DNA of 64,000 nt. It comes from Octopus bimaculoides (Eukaryota). The notes beneath the pieces are model-generated. The model had not been told where the DNA came from and ran no database searches. It saw nothing but the letters and a program-made list of their open reading frames with translations. This document shows, one piece after another, positions 25,122 to 38,375 of this stretch. Where the stretch lies: contig NC_068993.1 of assembly GCF_001194135.2 (NCBI RefSeq), positions 5,981,377-6,045,376 on the forward strand, in the 5' to 3' direction. Each line of letters begins with the position of its first letter. Position 1 is the stretch's first letter. The translations under genes and the position numbers were made by a program.

Positions 25122-25636
25122 TTAGGTCATTAAGAATAAAATGTCCGATTTTCTTATGCTACAAGTTTGACAGTCGTTAACACTGTTTTATCATGACAAT
25201 TCTTTGTTTTACAACATTGAAGAGTTGCATCATCACTTTTCTAAATGCAATTCATGGTGTCTGATTTTATTCTGTTCCAAGACAATGCTCGACCACATGT
25301 TGCACAAAGAACGCTACTCAAGCTACAGGAACTGAACTTGGAAGTACTCTGTCATCCACCATATTCACCAGACATTGCACCAACTGACTTCATGTTTCCC
25401 AGGCATTAGACAACTTTTTGCAACGAAAAACTTTAAATCTGAAGATTCAAAAAAAGCCTTTCGCGACTTCATCACCTCTTGCACTCCAGAATTCTTCGCT
25501 ACCGGCATAAATAAGCTACCGATTAAAATGGCAAAATCGTGTTGATAATTTAGATGCATACTTTGATTAACTACAATGCTTTTTGTTGAGATAAAGTAAA
25601 ATAAACTTTCTGTTCATTTCATTCTTAATGACCCGA
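25122..25636 (+). mobile_element. Internally deleted DD34D mariner (515 bp) with both TIRs and TA TSDs
   Basis: TIRs TTAGGTCATTAAGAATAAAATG and (rc) TCGGGTCATTAAGAATGAAATG. FQDNARPH (D at 25281) to HPPYSPDIAPTD (D at 25386) has 34 intervening codons; C-tail FFATGINKLP.KWQ..YFD*. Confidence 0.93.
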
Positions 25637-25937
25637 TATATATATACGTATATATGGAGAGAGATAGATAAATAGACAGAGATAGATAGATAGATAGATA
25701 ATGCATACATACATACATAGACGAATAAATTACTAAAGATTGAAACAGAAAGTGAAACACAGAAAGACATGCGTGCGTGTGTGTTTGCATTTAAATATAT
25801 GTTATCTCACCTGTAAATATAAAATGCATGTGCTGTTTTGATGTCCTCTTTGCCTAATTTCATCAGTTCAGTGGTATCCAATTATCACATTATAAATATA
25901 TATATTGGCTAAATTGGCAACATGATCATCCCCAAAT

Positions 25938-25970
<33 letters not shown>

Positions 25971-26102
25971 NNNNNNNNNNNNNNNNNNNNNNNNNNNNNN
26001 NNNNNNNNNNNNNNNNNNNNNNNNNNNNNNNNNNNNNNNNNNNNNNNNNNNNNNNNNNNNNNNNNNNNNNNNNNNNNNNNNNNNNNNNNNNNNNNATATA
26101 TA

Positions 26103-27321
26103 TAGGGTGGCCCCAAAAATACATCCACACCTTAACAGCTGATAACTAAATATTCAGCTGTTTCTTTGATTTAGTCCAAGAGAAATAATGAAGTGAACAA
26201 GACTAAGCTAGCTTTGAAAAAAAAAAAGAAACTTATCGTAAATTGGTATTGGAAGTTTGAAAATGCGGTCGAGGAGAGTTTAGGAGGGAGTTTGAAACAG
26301 ATACACCTATCTGATTAATCATTACTGGAATTAGAGATCAATTTGAAGCTGTTGAAACTGTTTAGAATGTCATCAAGAAAAATCTCGGAAGACCGCGGGC
26401 TCGAATAAGCCCCATAAAGCAACAAAGTGTACGGGAAGTGTATTGCCAGGGTTGAAGAAAATCTGCTGGGCAAGCGAGTCGTGAGATAGCGTCCATTGCA
26501 TTTCAAAGTGCCGTTTGTTTTGGGGAAAAGTTTCATTCCAAGAATAGCCCACGTTCTCAATGAGAGTCATCCAGAGCGAAGAGTGGTGTTTTGTGACTGG
26601 TATTTGGCAAGATGAGTAGAAAAATTCACACAGTCCAAAAACATTGTTTGAAGCTACATTTAAATTAAATGGCTCAATTAATCACCATGGCAGCACCTAC
26701 TGAATACCCGATAACCCGTATATTATGGGGTTCGTCATAATAATTGACTGGGTGTTACAGTATGATGCAGCTTAGATTCTAATGGATTAAGTGGACCATT
26801 CTTTTTGATGGTACTATGAGTGATCCCATTTACTTGAATTTGTTGCGACAATCTGTCATACTACTTATTCAAGGGGACTTTGAGATGCGGAGTTTTATTT
26901 CCAGAGAGAAAGGGCACCCCCGCACTACCAGAATAATATAAGGGCTTACCTTGATCGAAATTTACCCAACGGGTGGATTGGACGACGAGGTTCATTAAAA
27001 TACTCTTTTCGTTCACCGGACCCCATACCATTTGCTTTTTGTTGTGGAAACACTTACATTTACGGTACAAAAACGGCAATAGTCGACGATTAGAGGGAAA
27101 CCATTGAACGAAAATGCGCACAAATACTGAACGAAATATTTCTTCAGGTTTACGATTTCATTGCTATGCATGATTAACAATGGCTGACAAATTGGAAACA
27201 GAAAAACAGATTAAGTTCCGTCTGCAGATTTTATTAAACTTAAAAAATGAAATGCATTTTAATAAACACTGACTCTATAATTAATCAATGTATGGTGTAT
27301 CTACATTTTTAGGACACCCCG
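26103..27321 (+). mobile_element. Decayed Tc1/mariner element of DD41D (rosa/Visitor) type, ~1.2 kb
   Basis: TIRs TAGGGTGGCCCCAAAAATACATCCACACC and (rc) CGGGGTGTCCTAAAAATGTAGATACACC with TA flanks. Motifs EATFKLNGSIN (26650) and FQ..APPHY..WIGRRG..RSPD.IP; inferred spacing between the decayed 2nd and 3rd catalytic positions is 41. Confidence 0.85.
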
Positions 27322-27334
27322 TATTTATAAAAGA

Positions 27335-27366
<32 letters not shown>

Positions 27367-27456
27367 NNNNNNNNNNNNNNNNNATACGTTATATATATAT
27401 ATAATATATATATATACTGTGTAAATTATATATTTTATATATAGATGTTATATATA

Positions 27457-27499
<43 letters not shown>

Positions 27500-28583
27500 A
27501 TATGTATATATATGAGAGATGTTATTGAAATCATTGTGAATTTATTTAAACTATCAATCGCAGATCAATGGGTGGTTATTTGTTCACATTAAACCTCACT
27601 CCCGCCACAAACACACACACATACAAATATTTCCGATGAAGGAGTATCAACGTTGGACGATCTACCTGCTAGAAATAGCAGCCAAATATCCCTCAAAACA
27701 TTTTCTATTGTCTTAATTAGGAAGGCTACCATTGATAATGTAGTCTTAGATAAGCTATGGTCAAACGTTTATTAAATCAAGGCTGACCAGCACTAGCAAC
27801 ACCGACTCCATTCTCTATGAAAATATACTTAGAAAGGCGATTGTAATTAAAATATTAGTTATATATATTTTATATATACGTGGCAGTGACGAGTCTCGTT
27901 GAATATTGGTTACATTCTGGCAAGGAGAGTGCGAATCAAGGTTTCGATTCTTTTATGTATTCATTTCATTTCACGTTCGTTTCTAATGCTCGCGACAAAG
28001 AAGGCACGTATGAACATCATACTGTTTCAAATCGCACCCCTGTTCATGAACCTGAGGTTTATCTGCGTACGAAATTAATTATTTTGTTAGTGATTTATCA
28101 ATCGGATGAAAGACTGCGTTCTAAACCTTTTGTATGAATGACATCCGAGACAAGGAGGGGAAAAGGCAGAAGGAGACCACAACTCATAAGTTATCAATTA
28201 TCATCAAACTAGAACGCCGGTCTAAATGGGCTCAACAGAGTTGATTCTACTAAAGGCAATCAAGACCCAGATGGTGGTGTTCAACTAGAAAATAGCTTTC
28301 ATATATTGATTTTGTCAGATAAATTCATTCGTTTTTGCTTTCTTACTTGGCACTCCATCGTTTTGTGTGTGAAAAGAGGTGAATTTTATTCGAATTTAAA
28401 AAGTGGTAAACAAAAGTTAAAACACATAAATGCTACGATTAAAAATATTTTTCGTGTTTATTCAAATAAAATTGGAAAGAATTAATATACTTGCATACAG
28501 ACAGATATATGTATATATACGTGTGTGTGTAAAAATGGACGAATTTATCTGACAACCCAACATTGAGTGATAACAGATATAAT

Positions 28584-28794
28584 TTCAGATTTTTGCCACA
28601 AGGGCGGCTTGGGGGAGGGGATTAAATCGTTAACATCGACCCCAGTGCATAACTGGTACTTATTTAATCGTCGCCGAAAGGATGAAAGGCAAAGTCGACC
28701 TTGGCGGAAATTGAACTCAGAACGTAGATGCAGACGAAATACTTTTAAACATTTTGCCCGGCGTGCTAACGATTCTGCCGCTCGCCACCTCGAG
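28584..28794 (-). mobile_element. Full-length SINE family A with 12-bp TSD
   Basis: TSD AACAGATATAAT at 28572-28583 and 28795-28806. Confidence 0.9.
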
Positions 28795-29989
28795 AACAGA
28801 TATAATATAAACCAATTTGCAGATTTCTATACAATATTCATCCTCTCAATTTCCTTCATAAGACTTGGCTCAATACGTTGAAGTGGCATAAAACACTTAC
28901 CTACCCATGGCGCTGCATAGCGGGATCCAACTTAGATACCCACGATTATCCAGCGATTATTTATTAACTACACAGCCGTGCTTTTTGTAGATCATTACCA
29001 TTTGAAAATATATTTACACCACTTAGATAACCTTTTGAATTTTAAAACATCGGTCAAGAATGTGAAAATAAGGTAATATTTCCTTCGTAACGAGGCACCA
29101 TACCATTGGTTTTATAAATTTGGCAATGGTACGAAGTCATTTACATGTATCTGCAATGGAATCACCCTCAAGTGTGCAGTTCCTTGGCACTGTACCGACG
29201 GTTAAGATATTTGGTAGTAATAACAACTACAATAACGATAATCAAAAATGGATTGAAAACTAACCGGAAAATTGTAAAACAATTTAGCTCAATACTTGTC
29301 TCATTAATATAAAAAAAAAAAAATTCATTAAACATCAAGGCTTGACCTTAAAAAAAAAGTAAATGGCTTGGTTTTGATATTTTATCATCACATAACACGT
29401 TTTTAATTGATATTTCTCCACCCTATTTTCTGATAGAAGTTTCTTCAAACGAACTAAATTATATAATAATAATTCAATTTAAAATGAACAGTAATTATCT
29501 TTAATCTCCTGGCACGATGTCCAAACTTAAAATATTTTATTCTCTTCTCAACGTCAGATAACTTCATCCTCAATAATACGTTGTGAAACTAACCAGACGT
29601 GTAGTTCGAAAAAAAAAACAATACAACGTACAAAACAAAAAACATTGCGACCAATGTTTTCTTATGTTCTTTCTCTTCCACTTTCTCCTCTTCATCATCA
29701 TAACATCACCACCACCACCACTACTGCGGTAACTTCTAATTTCAATTGTATTCCTTGTTTTTCTTTTTTTTAATTCTATATTCTAGTTTGTTTTGTTTTT
29801 GATTAAAGAAGAATAAAAGATAAAGAACTCAAGAACTGTCTTTTTTGTAAGAGGAATGTTGAGAAAAACCCAAGAATCAAACAATGGACTTTACAATGAA
29901 TCTAAGATGCGTGTAAACGGCATGATATCCATGTGTGGCAGACATGATATATATATATATATATACACAAAAAAATATATGTATATGTA

Positions 29990-30022
<33 letters not shown>

Positions 30023-30493
30023 NNNNNNNNNNNNNNNNNNNNNNNNNNNNNNNNNNNNNNNNNNNNNNNNNNNNNNNNNNNNNNNNNNNNNATATATACA
30101 AAGATACTTTTATGTATATATATGTATGTACATACATATATAGATAAATATAGGTAGATTTGAAGAAATACAAAAAGAAAAAAAGTAAAAAGACAAACGT
30201 CAACAGTAAATAAAAGTGTATGACACCTGCATCAAAACTAGACATCTGTTGAAGAAAACTGTTTAAAATTAAAAGTATTTTCTTTTTTCTTCTATTATTT
30301 AACTTTCTTCAAATAACACAGATACGCGTTCTATCCAAGTTCAGAATGTTTGCGAACCATTATGAAAAGTCAAAGTTTGGAATTATTTTAATTTTTTCAA
30401 AATATAGTTAATTTAATTTTTTTTTTTTTTTTGTTCCGAAATGACTTTTTGAACATTCGTTCAGTGTTACATTTCATAAAATAAATAAGAAAA

Positions 30494-31825
30494 TTATGTG
30501 CCAACTAAATCAACTTGGATTTTAATATTTGCTTTATTTTCACCACAAAACACATCCGAGTCCTGCTCAGATTTTTTCTTCGTCTTTCCGATCGATTCCG
30601 ATCGAAATTTTAGCCATTTTTTTATTAAACCGTTCTTTGATTCTGTTGGAACTGTTATGGCCATTCCATTAACAGGAATTTTTGTTTTGGATTCTGAAAC
30701 ATTAGTACTTGTTTGAACTCTACTTGCATGAGCATGTGGCACTTCTAAGAACCGAGTGCTTTTAACTACGGACACTGCTTCCTCTTTTTGATGTTTCTCA
30801 TTTGGAGTGTTTTGAATTTGTGCTAATGAAGGAAGAGATAATAGAGAAGGCATTCTTTTTTCGTTTACATTCACCTTTTCCGACGTTGGATCACTACTGG
30901 AGGAACCAGCCCTCCTCCGCTGCCATATTCTAGGTGGAATATTTTGAACTTTTTGTAAGGGACATCGGTTTTTAATATGAGTAGGACGTTTCCTTCTCTG
31001 CTGAAAAAGTCGCCGTACGGCCAATCGGAAACGCTTACTAACGATTGCGTAAAGGAATGGATTACAGACGCTGGACAACAGACACATCCAAGTTCCAAAG
31101 ACCTCCAGATGTGATATTGAGCTACTGTTTTGGTCAGTCATTTTCACGTAAACGTAGGTGAAATAGAAAACGACGTAAGCCAAAATAGCACCCAACAATC
31201 GGATGCCTGTTCTGATGTCCCTCCGAATTCCTGGCACAGTTAGATTTATTGGGGAATAACTGTCAAGGTCACTAAAGGTGTCTTGTTCGATGTCGCTAGT
31301 GAAGGCTCCGTGAAGTTGATCTATGCCTTCGTATTCCATGTTGGTGGCAGTGGGAAAGCTGATCATTGACAACCGGCGAAGAGGATGCGCAATGGCAGTG
31401 GCAACCGGCCCTGTCATGTCTATATCGGAAAATTTTCTCGCCTGCGATTGCACGGCTGTTATGCGTGTTGCATGACAGCGTGCAACCTTGATTATTGTGA
31501 TATAACAAAAAAGCATGAGAAAGAGAGGGATGAAGAAGTTCAAAATGCACATGAGAACAGTGTAGACTAAATTGGACCAAACAGCAACGCAGAGGAAATT
31601 CTGTACACAATAACTGCCGACACCGAATAGCGGCATGAATGCTGAGCCTGTCGCCTGCAACCAGATCCAAGCCGTGAGACTGCCAACATATTTGTATGCT
31701 GACCAGGAAGAATATTCTAGACAGTGAATGATGGCTGAATAACGGTCAAGTGCTATGGCCACGATAGAGAGTATGGATGCGATTGAAAACAGGTTGAAGA
31801 GAAATCCGAACAGTTTGCATATTGT
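30494..31825 (-). CDS. Terminal coding exon (443 aa, TM3-TM7 plus C-tail) of an orphan class A rhodopsin-like GPCR, GPR161-like; 5' exon(s) not located
   Basis: Uninterrupted frame with C3.25 (TICK), DRY at 31739-31747, TM4 W/P (AWIWL..MPLFG), ECL2 Cys, TM5 FFIPLFLMLFCY, TM7 NPFLY at 31049-31063 and helix 8 (SKRFR); stop TAA at 30494-30496. TM3 (SIASILSIVAIALDRY) and TM7 (LEVFGTWMCLLSSVCNPFLY) resemble GPR161 as I remember it. Class A call is secure; the GPR161 assignment is only about 0.5. Confidence 0.93.
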   Translation of the reverse strand, partial: TICKLFGFLFNLFSIASILSIVAIALDRYSAIIHCLEYSSWSAYKYVGSLTAWIWLQATGSAFMPLFGVGSYCVQNFLCVAVWSNLVYTVLMCILNFFIPLFLMLFCYITIIKVARCHATRITAVQSQARKFSDIDMTGPVATAIAHPLRRLSMISFPTATNMEYEGIDQLHGAFTSDIEQDTFSDLDSYSPINLTVPGIRRDIRTGIRLLGAILAYVVFYFTYVYVKMTDQNSSSISHLEVFGTWMCLLSSVCNPFLYAIVSKRFRLAVRRLFQQRRKRPTHIKNRCPLQKVQNIPPRIWQRRRAGSSSSDPTSEKVNVNEKRMPSLLSLPSLAQIQNTPNEKHQKEEAVSVVKSTRFLEVPHAHASRVQTSTNVSESKTKIPVNGMAITVPTESKNGLIKKWLKFRSESIGKTKKKSEQDSDVFCGENKANIKIQVDLVGT

Positions 31826-31875
31826 CTGAAATAGAAAAACAGAAAAAGAAAAATTTAATAAATAATGAAGATTAG
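31826..31875 (-). promoter_or_regulatory. 3' splice site (branch point, polypyrimidine tract, AG) of the GPCR exon, phase 0
   Basis: Minus strand reads CTAAT (31875-31871) ... TTTTTCTTTTTCTGTTTTTCTATTTCAG|ACA ATA TGC; the exon start at 31825 is in frame with the ORF. Confidence 0.85.
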
Positions 31876-32032
31876 GATTATGCAACATGAAAATAAAGAT
31901 TATATTTACGCCTCAGATTAAAAGAACAAACTCATGAAGAATCATACACTCAGAGACAAATGCATATATTATATATAATTCGTGGCATCGTGCCAAGGAA
32001 ACACATTATTGTTATAATATATATATATATAT

Positions 32033-32380
32033 CTTTACTTCTGAGTTCAAATTCCGCCGGCGCAAACTTTGCCTTTCATCCTTTCGGGTCGATAAATTAA
32101 GTACCAGTTGCATACTGGTGTCGAGGTAATCGACTGACTCCCTCCCCCCAAATTTCGGGCCTTGTGCCTAGAGTAGAAAAAAATGGTTAGCACACCGGAC
32201 AAAAGGCTTTGCAGTATTCCGTCCGTCTCCACGTTCTGAATTCAAATTCCGCAGACGCTAACTTTGCCCTTCATCCTTTCTAGGTTGATAAAATAAGTAC
32301 CAGTTGTGTACTGGGGGTCGATGTAATCGACTTACACCTCCTCCAAAAATTGCTGGCGCCGAGCCAAAGTTTGAAACCGT
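32033..32380 (+). mobile_element. Two tandem SINE family A copies with different 3' tails, antisense to the GPCR and ~200 nt from its acceptor
   Basis: Copy 1 ends GGGCCTTGTGCCTAGAGTAGAAAA (~32180); copy 2 ends GCTGGCGCCGAGCCAAAGTTTGAAACC. Confidence 0.85.
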
Positions 32381-33215
32381 TTCAAACCATTATTGTAATA
32401 TAAACAATGAGATAAGTGAATCGTTTGGTAACTGTGGACCAAAATAAACGTTATTAGCGATTTTTTTTTCTTTTGCAGACAAAGTGAACGAGGGAAAATA
32501 TGAGAAACTAAATAAAACAGAAAGTTCCTGATGTATAATGATGATAGCATTAGAACATTCGAGAATACACAGAAAATTCAATTACTTGATAAGAACGAAA
32601 TGACTATTTGTGCACATGCATTTTCCATGGTTGTTTGTTTGTTAGTATGTGTGTGTGTGGGGGAGGGAAATTCTGCTTGCGTGGACATATGTGTGTGTGA
32701 ATATGTGGGTCTCAATATGCATACATATATCTCATATATCTCACCATATATATATATATATATATATATANNNNNNNNNNNNNNNNNNNNNNNNNNNNNN
32801 NNNNNNNNNNNNNNNNNNNNNNNNNNNNNNNNNNNNNNNNNNNNNNNNNNNNNNNNNNNNNNNNNNNNNNNNNNNNNNNNNNNATATGTATGTATACATA
32901 CATACATATACACATGCATATGGATATAAATATGCGCACATAAATATACATAACTATACATACATACATGGGTGACTATATATATACACACAGACATACA
33001 TATATATAGACGCGTGGATATACTGTACACGAAAGCGAGCGTTTAATTAAAGTGACATCTGAGTTAAAATATGTTATAAATAAACGCCCAATCTATTCCG
33101 TCTATAAACACTGGCAACAAGAATATATACATATGTTTGTGTTTGTTAGTGTGTGTGTGTATGTATCTATATCTATATGTATATATGTATATGCATGTAT
33201 GCTTATATGCTTGTA

Positions 33216-33299
<84 letters not shown>

Positions 33300-34277
33300 T
33301 ATATATATATGTATGCAATTAAATTAAATTTCTTTCAACACACGTATCCACATCAAAAATCTTGCACACGAAATACACATACGAAATATATATGTATGTA
33401 TGTATGTATATCTGTAGGGTGAGTGAGCCTACACTTGTAATAACATCTCTATGTACGAATTAGATATTTGCACTTATTGATCCATAGGTATTTGGTGTTA
33501 AATGACTATAGCTATTTTAACAACTGTTAATTTAACAAATTTTTATCGTTCTCCTCGACTACCGCCACGTACACATCTACACATATACATCTACATATAT
33601 ATTATGTACAGAGTATCTTACTTGAGGCAAACTACATTATGTTTCATGTCGGGAGAAAGATATCTCGTATTTGTGCTTAAAACTAGAAATAATATACTAT
33701 TTATATTTTTCGTCTTGTATCTTGTAGTAAGCTGTTATTTCCCGTGCCAATCCATCCACATGCATGTTGGAAGGGTTTACAATATAATTATTTTCTAGAC
33801 ATTTCGCGCACCAATTAACATTAATCAATTGTTGCCCTGGGGTCGCTCTTTTGGAGCGTGCATGCTGTTTCCTTTCATGCTGAGTGGATATATTTATTTA
33901 TGTAATGCATACATTGTCATTCGCTCTTTCATCTCTTCCGATTTTTCTAATTCTCTCTTCCCCACCTTCTCTCTCCTGTCTGTATCATCTCACTCTCAAG
34001 CTTGTCTTCATATTCCCCTATCTGTCTCTCTCTCTGTTCTCCCTAATATATGTATCCTCTCATATTCTCTCTACTCTTCCTATTTCTCACATTCTCTTAT
34101 ACCCCCTCTCTCTCTCTCTCTCTGTATTATTCTGCTTATTTGCATACTTCCCCACCTGTTACGTGAACTAACATTATACATCCCTCTTTCTTCCTCTCTC
34201 CTTCCCTCTCTGTATCAATCTCTTTATCTCATTCCAATTTGATTCATTTCGTACCTTTTCCTGTCGCCTAACACACG

Positions 34278-34309
<32 letters not shown>

Positions 34310-35354
34310 CACACACACACACACTCGCACACTCACGCACACAGACACAAACACATATATCTGTATATTCACATATATGTGTGTGTTTATATATATGTAT
34401 ATATATATANNNNNNNNNNNNNNNNNNNNNNNNNNNNNNNNNNNNNNNNNNNNNNNNNNNNNNNNNNNNNNNNNNNNNNNNNNNNNNNNNNNNNNNNNNN
34501 NNNNNNNNNNNNNNNNNNNNNNNNNNNNNNNNNNNNNNNNNNNNNNNNNNNNNNNNNNNNNNNNNNNNNNNNNNNNNNNNNNNNNNNNNNNNNNNNNNNN
34601 NNNNNNNNNNNNNNNNNNNNNNNNNNNNNNNNNNNNNNNNNNNNNNNNNNNNNNNNNNNNNNNNNNNNNNNNNNNNNNNNNNNNNNNNNNNNNNNNNNNN
34701 NNNNNNNNNNNNNNNNNNNNNNNNNNNNNNNNNNNNNNNNNNNNNNNNNNNNNNNNNNNNNNNNNNNNNNNNNNNNNNNNNNNNNNNNNNNNNNNNNNNN
34801 NNNNNNNNNNNNNNNNNNNNNNNNNNNNNNNNNNNNNNNNNNNNNNNNNNNNNNNNNNNNNNNNNNNNNNNNNNNNNNNNNNNNNNNNNNNNNNNNNNNN
34901 NNNNNNNNNNNNNNNNNNNNNNNNNNNNNNNNNNNNNNNNNNNNNNNNNNNNNNNNNNNNNNNNNNNNNNNNNNNNNNNNNNNNNNNNNNNNNNNNNNNN
35001 NNNNNNNNNNNNNNNNNNNNNNNNNNNNNNNNNNNNNNNNNNNNNNNNNNNNNNNNNNNNNNNNNNNNNNNNNNNNNNNNNNNNNNNNNNNNNNNNNNNN
35101 NNNNNNNNNNNNNNNNNNNNNNNNNNNNNNNNNNNNNNNNNNNNNNNNNNNNNNNNNNNNNATATATATATATATATATATATATATAGATGTGTATATA
35201 CATACATGCAAACATACATGCATGCATAATTGCACACATGCATACATACATGCATCCATATATGCACGCATATATACATACATGCATAGATACGTACATA
35301 CATGCATACATGCAAACATACATACTTATATATAGGTGTATATATACATACATG

Positions 35355-35398
<44 letters not shown>

Positions 35399-35409
35399 NN
35401 NNNNNNNNN

Positions 35410-35465
<56 letters not shown>

Positions 35466-36639
35466 TATATATACATACATATATGCATACAACGTGCATA
35501 CATACATATGCAACATCTATACATGTGTATATACACATATTTTTATACATTTGCGTATACATATATGCATATACATACACATACGTACAATTTACATGCA
35601 AGTGAACATTCATATATATTATATATATTTATGTATAATACACACACACACACACGTACACACNNNNNNNNNNNNNNNNNNNNNNNNNNNNNNNNNNNNN
35701 NNNNNNNNNNNNNNNNNNNNNNNNNNNNNNNNNNNNNNNNNNNNNNNNNNNNNNNNNNNNNNNNNNNNNNNNNNNNNNNNNNNNNNNNNNNNNNNNNNNN
35801 NNNNNNNNNNNNNNNNNNNNNNNNNNNNNNNNNNNNNNNNNNNNNNNNNNNNNNNNNNNNNNNNNNNNNNNNNNNNNNNNNNNNNNNNNNNNNNNNNNNN
35901 NNNNNNNNNNNNNNNNNNNNNNNNNNNNNNNNNNNNNNNNNNNNNNNNNNNNNNNNNNNNNNNNNNNNNNNNNNNNNNNNNNNNNNNNNNNNNNNNNNNN
36001 NNNNGAGAGAGAGAGAGAGAAAGAAAAAAGAGGGAGCGAGAGAGTATATACATATCTGTTTGCCTGTCTGTGTTATGTCTGTATACATGTGTTATATATA
36101 TATATATATATATATACATACATACACGCACATCTAACAAAGTGCCACGAAAAATAACACCAGTAATAATAATGATGATGATGATGATAATGGCGCTGGT
36201 GGTTGTGGTGATGATAATAATAGTAAAACGGAATGAAGTGAAATTGGGAGAAGTGTAAAAAAAAAAAAAAGGGACAAAATTACATATGAAATAAAATATA
36301 TTAAAAATAATAAAAATAATAAAAATAAAATATATTAGAAAATTATTAACTACAACCATTAAAAAAAAATGAAAAAGCCATCAAGATATGGAATGAATAT
36401 TCAAATGTTTTATTTTATTTTATTTTATATCGTTTTATTTTAGCTGTTTATTGCCGCGAATATGGATTTAACGACAGAGGGCGCTGCAATAGAATGATGA
36501 ACCAAAGCTAGAGAAAGGATTGAATTTAATGGAAACTTTTGGTTGTTTTCATAATTTTTTTATTTATTTAATTTTTTGTTTATTTATTTCTTCTGAATAA
36601 AACAGAACGCATGCGTATGTGAGTGACAGATGTTTTGTA

Positions 36640-36992
36640 TGGATTCGTTTACTACGGCTATGCAGGAGCACCGCTTTGGACGTTTTTATCTATATATTTT
36701 AGCCGAACTAATGGATTGCAGCGCTTATTTTATGTGAGTTGCCTTTTGCCGAAACGCTAGGTGACGGGGATAGAAATAAAGTACAACTGGTTGTCAACTA
36801 AAGCGGAAACAGACACCAAACATATATACAAACACAGATTTTTAAATACACACACGCACACACACACATACAACCATACACGGTCCTAGGCTATAGTAGA
36901 AGACATTTGCTCAAGGTGCCACGCAGTGGGACTGAACCTAGAACCATGTAGTTGGGAAGCAAGTTTCTTCGCACACAGCCACTCCTGCACCT
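36640..36992 (-). mobile_element. SINE family B, near complete, with internal (CA)n
   Basis: Minus-strand tRNA-like head GGTGCAGGAGTGGCTGTGTG..GGTTCAGTCCCACTGCGTGGCACCTTGAGCAAATGTCTTCTACTATAGCC, then body and tail. Confidence 0.8.
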
Positions 36993-37770
36993 ACACACAT
37001 ACAAATATACACACACACAAATATACACTCACACATTCATATATATATATATATANNNNNNNNNNNNNNNNNNNNNNNNNNNNNNNNNNNNNNNNNNNNN
37101 NNNNNNNNNNNNNNNNNNNNNNNNNNNNNNNNNNNNNNNNNNNNNNNNNNNNNNNNNNNNNNNNNNNNNNNNNNNNNNNNNNNNNNNNNNNNNNNNNNNN
37201 NNNNNNNNNNNNNNNNNNNNNNNNNNNNNNNNNNNNNNNNNNNNNNNNNNNNNNNNNNNNNNNNNNNNNNNNNNNNNNNNNNNNNNNNNNNNNNNNNNNN
37301 NNNNNNNNNNNNNNNNNNNNNNNNNNNNNNNNNNNNNNNNNNNNNNNNNNNNNNNNNNNNNNNNNNNNNNNNNNNNNNNNNNNNNNNNNNNNNNNNNNNN
37401 NNNNNNNNNNNNNNNNNNNNNNNNNNNNNNNNNNNNNNNNNNNNNNNNNNNNNNNNNNNNNNNNNNNNNNNNNNNNNNNNNNNNNNNNNNNNNNNNNNNN
37501 NNNNNNNNNNNNNNNNNNNNNNNNNNNNNNNNNNNNNNNNGTCCCTTTTATGATTATCCCTCTTGTTTTCGCTGTTGTTGTTGTAGAGCTTTTGTTTTCA
37601 TTTCAAATATTTTTCCTAGATTGTTGTTTATTTGATTTACGTTGCTGTCGTTGTTGTTGTTTTTGTAGTTGTTCACAGGCCATACATTATGTTTTCCTGA
37701 TTTAATTGCAAGCTAGCAGGGAGAAGGACTCTCTGCGCATGTGTTTGTATTGTGTGATCATATACATACA

Positions 37771-37806
<36 letters not shown>

Positions 37807-37827
37807 TATACATACATGTACATATAC

Positions 37828-37910
<83 letters not shown>

Positions 37911-38104
37911 TATATATACGTATATGCGTATATATATATATATATATATATACATATATATATACGTATATGTATATATATATCTATACGTATACATATA
38001 CATATAGGTATATGTATATGTATATATATACATATATACATATATAGACATACACATATATACATATACACATATACCCATATATATATATATATATATA
38101 TACA

Positions 38105-38158
<54 letters not shown>

Positions 38159-38338
38159 TATATATGTGTGTGTGTGTGTGACTTTGTGTATATTTGTGTG
38201 TGTAGGTAGGTATGCAAGCTAAAAGTACATTCATATATTTCATACGTACATACCCATACATGCGTGGTGTAACTTCGTATGTTCCTCTCCCTTTCTCGCT
38301 CTCATCTCTTTACACTGTACGCATAGAAACATACACCC

Positions 38339-38375
<37 letters not shown>

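Noticed and set aside
29536-29541. AATAAA on the minus strand as the GPCR poly(A) signal
   Set aside because: Plausible position (~950 nt after the stop), but the hexamer is too common in AT-rich DNA to call without transcript data.
30498-31670. Short ORFs overlapping the GPCR exon in other frames or on the other strand
   Set aside because: Shadow frames of a coding exon with no recognisable motifs.
30494-31825. Biogenic amine receptor or opsin identity
   Set aside because: Position 3.32 is Phe (no Asp) and 7.43 is Leu (no retinal-binding Lys).
31826-31888. MLHNPNLHYLLNFSFSVFLFQ as the true N-terminus of the GPCR
   Set aside because: It is the branch point, polypyrimidine tract and AG of an intron; using it would give a receptor without TM1-TM2.
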